Shown in pieces: positions 40,201-51,100 of a stretch of 64,000 nt of DNA. The position numbers were made by a program, and so were the translations under genes. The notes beneath the pieces are model-generated. The model saw only the letters and a program-made list of their open reading frames with translations. It made no database searches and was not told the DNA's origin. Source of the stretch: Cycas panzhihuaensis (Eukaryota; Plantae; Cycadophyta); the NCBI GenBank assembly GCA_023213395.1, contig CM041465.1, forward strand, positions 19,592,001 through 19,656,000. The letters run 5' to 3'. The first letter of the stretch is position 1, and every line of letters starts with the position of its first letter.

Positions 40201-40797
40201 CTTGAGATACAACTCAATGCAGAAATTGAAATAAAGAAATGAAACTAAAAGCTAGATGAAAAGTGAAAAAATAAATTACTAGTGTTACCTGGGCGGAGAA
40301 AATCCCCTTCCCTCACGACTCCTTAACTGTCCTGGTATAGTTCTTCAATCTTTGTGTAGAGAGTACTAAGCAAAGGTCTTTCCTTGATCTCTACTTAGAT
40401 AGAGAGAGTACTTGATTTGATAGAGGAAAAAAAAAGAAGATTTTCTGGGTAGCTTCCCACCATCATGAACATAACTCTGATACTACTTGGAGTGTTTTCT
40501 CCCAAAAATTCAACCTTGTAAATGTAGACTAATAGAAGTAAAACTAAAATAACACAAGTTCGTAAATAAATCACCAAAGGGAGTACCGAAGTACTTTATC
40601 TTTAAGATAGCAATGCTCAATAAATATTACAAGTAGAGCTCAATTATTTAAATAAGCATGTAGGGGTCTTCTTCCTTATGATATTATTGGTGGCCCTGGC
40701 GACCTTACATCTTATTGGACAACTTAGCAGTCCATGTATAAATCTTAATAGTTAACTTCCACTTGTTAGTGCTTAGGAAATGTGGGGTTATGTTATA
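34232..40797 (-). mobile_element. Full-length Ty3/gypsy chromovirus (Reina-like) LTR retrotransposon C, heavily decayed
   Basis: LTRs at 34232-34565 and 40488-40797. TSD AATAA at 34227-34231 and 40798-40802. Degenerate iMet PBS (actctgatacta) at 40474-40485. G-rich PPT at 34566-34590. IN motif FTSFFWQ...SFAYHPQTNSQSEVLNKTLKTYLCCF; chromodomain-like ENLV*W..DKATWE near 34650-34700. Order gag-PR-RT-RH-IN. Confidence 0.93.
34590..39131 (-). pseudogene. gypsy C gag-pol remnant
   Basis: Probable ATG at 39131 (MAKYQRARINEL..). RT remnants (FHVMPFSL, FFDNILIYS) near 36820-36960, IN at 35286-35507, chromodomain at the 3' end. Confidence 0.85.
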
Positions 40798-42605
40798 AAT
40801 AAACACATATATATTTATTACCTTACAAAAATATTACACTTAGTTACTATTCATATGCATGTTTGGATCCATATCAAGATAACATGTACATTATAAGAAA
40901 GATAGTTATGTAATATAACTTTATATAATTACAAAGGATTATTTAGTCTCTAGTTTTGAAATATCAGACTAAAAATTATTAAGTTTTATATTATTATTAG
41001 AAATTCATTCCTTGATATTTTCCTTTTAAGATAATAGAATTATTTCGTGAAGGTAGAAAGGTTATAATAATTTAACACTAATGTGTATTTTAACATTTTA
41101 ATGACTTATTAAATTAATGTAATAATTTATGAGGAACTATAATATTAAAGTATACCTTAGTAGAAATGCCATTTCACTTAGTACTTATACTTTATTTAAA
41201 GCAAACTATTTTATGAAGTGACAATATTTATTTAGTTTCATATAAACTTAAAAGCAATATGTTTAACAAATAAGTATCTAAATAATTACGAATAAAATCC
41301 ATGACTATTTTAGAAAAGGAAATAAAAATCAAATTATTCCTACATTAAACAAAATTATTGAATTAAAATGTTGGTAATTAACCTCCTCTTAATGCATACA
41401 ACACAAATATTAAATAGAATGAGACTCTAAGTAAAGCTAAATAGAGATAAAAGCAAATTAATATGCAATTATATGGGTATAATTATTAGAATGGTGTATT
41501 TACATTTATTTGCTTTTAGATAGAACCAACACTTGGCATTACTTTCGTATTCCTTGAAAAATAATCCAAATCTATAAAAGTGATTTTTGAGTATCATAAA
41601 ATCTCTTACCACCACCAAAGAACAATGTTTTAATACCATGTCACCCTTGTCAAAGTTCCACCCATTGAAACTCACTCAAAAGTCTTATTTAGGGCTTTTG
41701 AATTAGAAGCTAAAATGTGTTAATCAAAAAAAGGTGCAATGATGTAATTGATTCCCATAAAGCACAACCTTGCCCCGTCGATAAGTGGAAGCGCTAAACT
41801 CGCCCTTGGAAAATCAGCGGACGACCGCGATTAATCAAAGTAGATAATGCATTCGCTTAAGAAATAAAAAACGTAGATCAAAGACGTGAGCAGATAAATG
41901 ATAAATGAAATGAGAGGGACGAGCGGTGTTGGTTGTTGGGTTGGTGGGTCCTCCGATGTGTTTTGTCGTGGCGCTGTTTTACGCGAGGAACAAGATAAAT
42001 GAAACGAAATGAAATGCGGAATCATTGCGTGAATAGAATTAATTTAAGGGGATTTGGGCTTGAGGAGCGAGGATGCAGGGACTGATGTGAGGAGAGGAGA
42101 AATCGGGCGATGGGCTGACAGTGGAGTGGAGCCGGGAAGCATTGAGTACAGTACGTGTAAACGGTGCAAAAAGACGGAAATTAGTAGGAAAATGGTGTAG
42201 AACAAGCGGGGTAGAGTTGGTTAGAGGTGAGGGGAAAGAAAAATGGTGTGAATCCATTCAGAATTGGGTATTTGGGGGTGGGGGAGCTGTACGCGGAATG
42301 GAACTCAGATCTTTACAGCCAAGCAGCAGAATCAGAAGGGTAGAGAAAGGAGGAGGAGGCAGCGGCAGTGGATTCAACAAAGTTGTACAGATTGCACCGT
42401 TCCATCGCCCTCCATCACTGTGGTGTCATCAAACTATTCGCCCACCTGGTTTTGACCCGTGTTTTCTTCTGGTAGACAACCCGGGGGGAGGAGAGTGAAA
42501 GGAAAAAAATCAAATACATGCTTTTGCTTTGGATTGTTTGACAAATTAAAATTGCCAACCTAAATTGATTTGTATTGTTTTTTGTTTCCAATGAATGGTT
42601 TAGAG

Positions 42606-43097
42606 ATGAGGGGATTCACAGGTGCGATTAAGCTCGTGGACGACATGTTGATGGCCGAGCCATCTAGGCCACCGTGGGCAATGTGTGGTGACAATAGAAG
42701 CCATAGACTGAAGTCTGATCAGATATTTTCCTTAACAAATGATTCATATGTGCCCAATGCTTTATCCAGGTATTCAGACTTCCAAGGAGTTAATTTCCCA
42801 TATTCCTATAACGGTGGTGGTGGGGGGATGAATCGTTATCATCAGTTCGGTGGGGGTGTTTCTGAAATGTGCGAGCAGATGAGGTTGTATCCAAATTTAA
42901 ACGGAGGAGGTTCACTTGTATTGGACAGCGAAAGGGGCGAGTTAGTGGATTCGTCAAAGATGATGACACCCAAAGAAATATTGGAAGCAAAAGCAATGGC
43001 TGCATCAAAGAGTCACAGTGAAGCTGAAAGAAGAAGGCGCGAAAGAATCAATTCTCATTTGGCTACTCTGAGAACCCTTCTCCCTAGCACCACTAAG
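42606..43097 (+). CDS. bHLH30: bHLH transcription factor, bHLH30/bHLH32 (T5L1/TMO5/AIG1)-like, subfamily Vb - coding exon 1
   Basis: Open frame ending ...KMMTPKEILEAKAMAASKSHSEAERRRRERINSHLATLRTLLPSTTK, followed by a GT donor at 43098 (phase 0, in the bHLH loop). The start codon is uncertain; in-frame ATG options include 42591, 42606 and 42681. The symbol indicates the family, not proven orthology. Confidence 0.9.
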
Positions 43098-44082
43098 GTC
43101 GCCTCAATTCCTCCTCCCCTCTTTTACTAATCCAGAATGTATGTTGTTGCTTTTGGTTTAAACCTGCACTTCCAATTGGACTTTTCTTTTCGGCTTCATA
43201 TGATGCAAAGGCAAACTGGGTTTTGTCCGGTAACGGTGCCAATTGCCAACAAGCGTTTTACATTCTCCATTAACTTGTTTCACCGTGTTCCAAGGAGTTT
43301 GTCTTGGCTTGGTTCGACCGCCCATAGGTGGTCTCGATTTCTGTGCATTGCCCCATGGGTTTGATTTTTGGAAATTGCAAGTGGGAGTGTGCTTGTTTTT
43401 ACTGTGGTGTTCTGCCGATGTCAAACACCAATCGCTGGCTGCATGATTTCAGATTCCATGCAGTCATTAAATTGGGCCAAACTCTCTGAAGGTGGTTGGG
43501 AATTCTGTGCATTGTTGTATAGAATTAGTCTTCTCTGATTGAAAGACCAAATGGTCATGGTGTCAAGTTTCACAGCTTTGCGGTTGCGCACCCACAATAT
43601 AAACCCTACTTCTATGTAGTTGGTTTGGATTGTTTGGCATTCTTTAATAGAGTTGCAAGACAAAGCACTTGTGGGGTAGCAAACCCTGATTTTATAGATG
43701 GCTTGGACTCCTGTGCATCATTTTATGGCGTGAACGGGTTGTGCTGCTTGTTATGACGAAGCATGTTTGTAGATGTCAGTTGCCAACGAATGGGACCAAT
43801 TTGATATTCCGTGGAGTCATTTCATCTTGCATGTCTTAATGCTACGGTCTGGGTTTATCTGCATTTCCCCGTAGGTTTATCCCTCCACACTGCAAAGATG
43901 AAGTGAGTTTTGTGTAGCGGGTTGTTGGGTCTCAAGCCCAAATCTGATGGGGCTATTTCACTTGCACATGCGTCCTGCACTCTAGGTACATGTGCTCAGC
44001 AATGGCAATCCGGACCTCTACTACTTGAAACTTACTGTGATTCTCTTTTCATTTTAATTTTTTTCTCTTTTGGATAATGCAG
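43098..44082 (+). other. Intron of the bHLH gene (985 bp, GT-AG)
   Basis: Joining AAG|ACA restores the family motif LPxTTK-TDKASLL. Confidence 0.92.
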
Positions 44083-44556
44083 ACAGATAAGGCTTCACTG
44101 CTGGCAGAAGTGATTGATCATGTCAGAGATTTGAAACGACGGGCATCTGAAATTGCTAAAGGAAATCCTGTGCCAACAGATGTTGATGAATTGAAAGTTG
44201 AAGCAGATGGAGATGGAGGTAGTAAGGAGGGTAGAATTCTTATCAAAGCATCTCTATGTTGTGATGATCGGCCAGATCTTCTGGCTGATCTGATTCGCAC
44301 TCTTCACGGCCTAAGGTTGAAAACTGTAAAAGCTGAGATTTCCACGCTGGGTGGTAGGATGAAAAATGTATTCATCATGACCAGCAGTGAAGAAAATTCT
44401 GAAAAAGACCCAGAAAGGGCATCTGTCAACTGTGTGCAGGAAGCTTTGAGAGCAGTAATGGACAGGGCTGCTTCTACCGAACTGTCTTCGGGAAGCTTGG
44501 CCTCAAACAAAAGGCAGAGGATTCTTCCTTTAGATGCTACAAGCTCTGTTATTTAA
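44083..44556 (+). CDS. bHLH30: bHLH30/TMO5-like transcription factor - coding exon 2 (helix 2 + ACT-like domain)
   Basis: Pyrimidine tract plus TGCAG acceptor ending at 44082. Encodes TDKASLLAEVIDHVRDLK...VPTDVDEL...IKASLCCDDRPDLL..LRLKTVKAEISTLGGRMKNVF...QEALRAVM...NKRQR, stop TAA at 44554-44556. Confidence 0.95.
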   Translation, partial: TDKASLLAEVIDHVRDLKRRASEIAKGNPVPTDVDELKVEADGDGGSKEGRILIKASLCCDDRPDLLADLIRTLHGLRLKTVKAEISTLGGRMKNVFIMTSSEENSEKDPERASVNCVQEALRAVMDRAASTELSSGSLASNKRQRILPLDATSSVI

Positions 44557-47500
44557 ATGCTGTTGGATGTGATGGGTCTGAAAAATAGTCTTATACCGCT
44601 CGGCTGGCCACTCATTTTTGAAAGACAGCTTTGTTGGCTTATCTTACTGCCCACACTTTGGAAGCCTGAGTCCATTGAGTGGTATCAAACCATATTGTCA
44701 AGAGAGAAATCCGTTCCTTATTCATATTTTAGTTTGTGTGTCATTCCACTTTAGGCCATGGGTTCATGTGGTACCTTTTTTGGGGCCTTGCGGGCTTGCA
44801 TCAGGCATTCAATTTCTTTCTTGTCCACGAGATGAGGTAGTCTATATCAAATTGGATTATTCTGCAACTGTGATTGTCGTGGAAAAAGAAAAACAAGCAA
44901 TGTGTGTCCAATTTAGATAAATGAGAAGTAATACATTTTGTAATGTACAATCTATAGATGGGTCTGACAATATGATTTAGTCCATTGGATTGAATTTGAA
45001 TACCTGGCTCTCTGGCAGAACTACCGTGATATGTGCAACGTGATGTTGAAAAAAGTTGTTTAGTAAAACGAATTAATGGTTGTGTTTTTAGTAGTTGATT
45101 TGAGTCGTTCAAAGCAGTGGGGCCGAATGTACAGTGTAACGTATGGATAAGGCTGTTGATGGAAGCTATAAGCTTTATTGTTTGGTGTTCACGGTGGTCC
45201 ATGGCTTTCCATTCTACGTTGCGTTTGAATACGGAAAACATGGCAAAACAAAGGTTGTACCATATTTGTGCAATTTGATTATGTTCTTTGCCTTCCAATT
45301 GATGTAGGCAGAGGAAATGAATTTGGATGGAGTCCAAGGGAGGATGTGTCTAGTATTAACCATGATTGTCATGCCGATGGTAAGTTGTTGGTCCGTGCAT
45401 TCGAAAGTTTTTGAAAATCCCTTTCTCCCTTCTTTTAATTTAATAGTCACTTGTATTTTAGAAGACACCTTTTCTTGGTTTTTCATTGATGGAATTAAAA
45501 TGAGCAGCTTCCTGGGTTGATACTTATAGTGTAGCATATCTAGCGTCCACGATCTAACTCGACACAAGTTTCCAAGGGCTGGAGTGTGACCATGGAGAAG
45601 CAATGAAGCTCTTTGATTAGAGCAAGTCTTTATCGGCAGTATTTGAAGTCCTATAAAGATTACATGTAAATGTGCTTATTTGAGTGCAAGGATCCTAGTG
45701 CAAATAGATATGGTGAAAATGTAGAAATATGACAAACATGTATTCTCACAATGAAAAAGCAAAAGAAGTGATTCTTGGTAAGTTTGATGATAAAGAGAAT
45801 AATTATTATTGGTTCACTTATTTGAGACAAGAAAGCTAATAATAATCTAAAACTCATTTTTTTGTTAAATGATCTCTTAGTGGGTTATTTATACCAAAAA
45901 AATGAACTATAATTGTTCCATGCCAACTTCACCTAATGGTTGACATATTCAATGATATATTCAATGTTGTGCTTGATTATAGCTTGTTTTGGTGGGGACT
46001 CCTTTTATGTGATTTCCAAAGGTTATTCATGAGACCAAAGTCAAGCAATAATTTACTTATAAGATACAAAAAAGAAAGAATTGATAAAGATTCTTAAGTT
46101 TGAAAACAAATCAATACAAAAAAATAGTTTTTATAGATATTGCTCAAAAGTCTATTGCAACCAAATGATAGCATCCTAGTGCTCTTCAATGTGTCCTCCA
46201 AACTCTGCATTTCTTTTAGGAGAAGAAATAAAAAAATAATAATGTGCAAATAAGGATTTCCAAGCATCATTTATAATTGTATGGTATTGCCTTTGACCCT
46301 TGACTCACCATTCCATTAGGTGTCTCTTTATTTTCTACGACATTTTATGTGATCCTTGACCCTTAACTCTTCACTTTGTTAGGTGTTTATTTGTCATCAT
46401 GATTTTTCATATGAACCTTGCATGTATTATTTAAAAACAAGTAAAGTAGGATGTGTAATTGTATAGAAGATTTGTGGCAAATCCCCTTGTGCCCTTTTGG
46501 CTTTAAAACTTCACAATATGTGGATTTTGTTGTTAAAAGGTGTTGCTTTCTTATATGGCACATTTTGTTGGCAGATTCTTGTATTTGATTGAGTATTTGA
46601 TTCTTATATATATATATATATGCTTGCTTCCGATTTCAAAAACATTCAACTTTTGTTATCCAATTTTGATGAGCTGGTTTGCATGTAAACTTTGCCCCCA
46701 ATTATCTCCTTTAAATAGGATATGTAAAAGCTATCATGTATCATATTTTTGTTCAATAAGTTGAGAGAGTAAGTCACTTCATCCACACACTCTTTAACTT
46801 GGTATGCCCTACAAAATTTTAATGCTATTTTTTTTCCTTGCAATTCTTTTATCATGACTTGTTTATATCATTTTATACTTAGGTAGACATAATTATCTAT
46901 ATAAAATTCTCTAACTTGTAATGGCTTGACACTTCATTCTATTTTGTAAAGTGTATAGGTTCCTAGTTATAGATTGTCCTTGGGTGTAAGTGATCTTTTA
47001 TTGTTGATGCCTTGGTTTCTAGGTAGAGAAAATTTATTTATTGATAGTGGTTTGTATCCATGGAAGGCACTACATGGGGCTATTTTAATAGATACATGAA
47101 ATTTTATGTTGTACCACTATTGTATGGAGTGTAGCCATTTATGTTAATGAGTGTTTGTTTGTTACAAAGTTTTATAGGCATCTTCCTGAACATTTATTTA
47201 CTACTTTAATCTATCTATCCATCTATAGATGATAGGTTGTATTTATGGGGAGCCCAAATTCTACTAATTAAAACATCTCTTTCTCAAAATTGCTCATGAT
47301 TTTCTTTTCTCAAGGTAAAAATGGATATCATTAAATTATGGATTCAAAAGCAATACAAGCGGGGTTGAAACGTCCATTGGATTACTCATGAATTTTTAGT
47401 ATTAATCTCTTATGATAACCTTTAGAAATCCATACAAATGATGCATTACTTTGATGAAAAATCCAATTATTTTGTTAGTTTTACAAGTGTTATAAATTTT

Positions 47501-48142
47501 CTTAAAACATGTGTATTTTATTCATCCATTTAACATAATGGGTATGGAATCATATTGTTATTTTCTTGGAAGTCATGTAACAAAGTTCATTGAAATATCC
47601 TCCCATTTGTTTCAAATATGTGGTGCTATTCAAGGTCGTCTAAAATCTTGATGTTCTTACTTACATGTTTTTGGCATATTCACATATAGTTATTAATTTT
47701 TTAATATCAGTTTCTATTGCCTAATTATGCTATGTTCTTAAGAACCCTACATGTCTTGTTTTAGGAACTAAATGACTATTTTGTGAATTTACTCTTTAAA
47801 TTTTAATGATCGAGTTAAGTGGATTTTCTGTGTTATCATAAGATGTTCTGTTTACATCCAAATTGTGTCTTTGTGCCTTTATCCTTTGTTTATTCCTCTT
47901 CAAAGTTTAATATATATAAGGGAATTACTATCAATATCGTGCATAAAGTATCTCATCATCATATGTATTTCTGTTTATTCCTCTTCAACACTTAATATCG
48001 ATGAGGGAATTACTATTAATATCATACATAAGTATCTCATCATCATTTTTAGACAATGTGGTGGTAACAATATTTTTTGTTCTTTTTATACTTCATTTGA
48101 AGTTTGCACATCAATTTTTGCTAGTTTTGTGTTACTAATGAT

Positions 48143-51100
48143 TGTTGATATGTAATGTTTTATCTAAGTAAGAAAGGGGGTCATGTTAGGACCACCCTCA
48201 AATGTAACTCTAATGTAAGATTGTGCCACTTAGCAGTCTCAGGCTGATCGGTTATATTGGAGGTTGTAACGGTCACATTGTTGATGTATATTTAAGGAGA
48301 TTGAATCTCAATAAAACATATACTTTTCTCTTATCTGTTTAAAGCATATTCTATCTTTGCTCTGTTTTTCAACATGGTATCAGAGCAGGTCAGTCTAAAC
48401 TGATCATTTGAAAATGATTTCTTCTGTCAAGACAATTCATTCAAGGGTGTAAGAAGCAGACAAGGCAGTTAGGGTTCCTGTACTGGCTAAAAGATCATTA
48501 ATTCTCTAGTGTACGGAACTGTACGGACGTGTACGGACGCGTTTTTTTCGAAGTGTCAGATCGAAGTGAAATTTGGTGGAGAGGTAGATCGGAACACGCC
48601 AAACACATTTCTCTTCTAAAGCCGAGCCATTTGAAGCCGTTTTGCAGGCCAAACAGAGCCCGAACCAGTCTGCGCGGGTTTGAAGGATTTTCTTCAAAAA
48701 TCTCTGCGATTTGCACTTTAAATCGAGTACTCTCAGTCATAAATTATTCTTAGTGCTAATACTTTGAGTTTCCATCCGTTTTTGAAGATTTTTTTTTAAA
48801 TTTTTGCTGAGATTTCTCTAAAAATCGATTTTCTGTCCTAACCACCGTCTTTCCTTTCGAGGCAGATTTCTCCTTTTTGAGAAATGTTTTCGCAAATCCG
48901 CCTTCAGATCTGAGCAGGCGCCTAAAAAATCTTGAGTTTGAGATATTTTTTTCTCTTAGCCATACACTTAGAGTTCCGCATGCACTGCATACATCATGAT
49001 CGGGCTTCAAATTTCATCTTCTGATTTTAAGAATAATGTCCTCCACTCTCATTTCTCTGCTTGAACCAGAAAAATTAATTGGTTCCAACTATCATGTGTA
49101 GAAAATAAAAATAGAAACCATTTTAAGGGTGAAAAATGCCTAGGACATTACTGAAGGAACAGAGAAACGTCCTCCTGTTGGTGATGCCAAGCTAGGAAAC
49201 TGGGTGGAAAGAAATAATATAGCTAGTCTCACTTTGAAAATGTCAATTTAGATTCGGTTTTGATTTATGTTGAAAAATTGAATCGGCATCCAATTTGGAA
49301 ATGTTTGGAAAATCTGTATGGACAAAAGAATAAGGTAAGAATAATTACACTTAAAGAAGAATTGTACAAGCTTCACATGAAAGAAAATGAAGACGTAGAG
49401 GAATTTATGCATAAGATTATTACTGTTCGAAATAATCTCTTAAGTGCTGGAGGTCTAATTTTTGAACAAGACCTAGTGGAAATTGTGACTGCAAGATTAC
49501 CAAAATCGTTTGACACAATTGTCAACACTATCACAGACAGTGATAGGTTAGATAAGTTAACCCTTGATGAATTGACAGGTTTGTTACTAAGACAAGAACA
49601 GAGAAATAAAAGATATGAAAACACGACAGAATTAGAGGACGCATTCGCGTCCAGACTAAACCTCGGGCTAAGAGGAAGACATCAATTTCGAGGACAAAGC
49701 AGAACATCAGATTTCAGGGGACGAGGATGCTGGCAAACTTCCAGAGGACGGGGATGCAGCAAAGAAAACAGAGTCTGTTACAACTGTGGAAGAACTGGAC
49801 ATTTCACCAGCAGTTGCAGAATCTTTGATATATGCTGCTATTGCGGACAAAGTGGACACTATCCATACTAGTGTCCATAGAGACGAAGTGAAATTCAGAA
49901 AGGAAAATGAACCATTGGAGGCTACAACAAAGAGAAGGACGAAGAGGAGGAAGAAGAGACGGCCTTCATCACTGCCTTGATTCTAGGCATGAAAGACAAA
50001 GACATATGGTATATAGATTCAGGAGCTTCCAAACATATGACAAGTCGAGAAGAATGGTTTGAAACCTTGAAACCCTGCAATATAGACAAATCAGTAGAAT
50101 TTGGTGATAAGTATTCTCTTAATATAAAAGGGATTGGAACTATCTCTCAGAACTGGATGGGAGTGAAAAAAAGGTCGGAAATGTTTTGCTTGTCCCAGAT
50201 CTAAAAATGAATCTCCTCTCTGTCTCTCAATTAAGTAAAAAATAATTGAGAACCGTTTTTGATGAAGAAGGAAATTGTCATATTCTAGATATGAAGAGAG
50301 GTGGGAAAACTGTTACAAAAGGAATTAGATGTAATGATCTTTACAAACTCTTGTCAGATCCTGTACTTCCTTACTTAGAAGAAAAAGCTTGTACTGCTTC
50401 TAAATCTAATAATAAAGCTTGGCATTTGAGGTATGGGCATCTCTCAATTGTCTCACTCAAACTAATAGAAAAATCAAGAATAGTGAATGGACTACCTAGC
50501 ATTTCATTAGATAAATTTGTTTGTAAAGGTTGTCAACTGGACAAACAACATAGACTTCCTTTTAAAGAAAACACTTGGAAAGCTCAATCAAAATTAGAAT
50601 TGATACATACAAATATTTGTGGTCTAATTACACCTCTCACAATTAATGGATGCAGATATTTTTTGACTTTCATGGATGATTTCACTCGAAAAGTATGGGT
50701 ATATTTCCTGCATAATAAGTCAGAAGTCTTTGAAATATTCAAAGAATTTAAAGCAGAAGCAGAACTAGAGTCAAGAATGAAAATTAAATGCATCAGGTCA
50801 GATGGAGGAGGAGAATATATATCAAAGGAGTTTCTAAATTATTGCAAGGATCAAGGAATTCGTAGACAGATTACAACTCCTTATACTCCTCAATCGAATG
50901 GAGTGGCTGAAAGAAAGAATAGAACTCTAATGGAAATGGCTCGAAGCATGATATATGGAACAAAGATATCAAAGTCATATTGGGCAGAGGCAGTAGGCAT
51001 AGCACATTACCTAATAAATAGAAGCCCCACAAAAGCATTGAAGGATGTCACCCTAGAAGAAGCTTGGACAGGACAAAAATCGGATGTAAGTCTTCTCAGA

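Noticed and set aside
41760-42600. Canonical auxin-response elements in the proximal promoter
   Set aside because: Only non-canonical TGTCNN cores were seen, with no TGTCTC/TGTCGG pair; expected by chance.
44801-45603. 178-aa and 129-aa minus-strand ORFs downstream of the bHLH gene
   Set aside because: No recognisable motifs or splice structure; they overlap the probable 3' UTR/flank and are likely chance ORFs.
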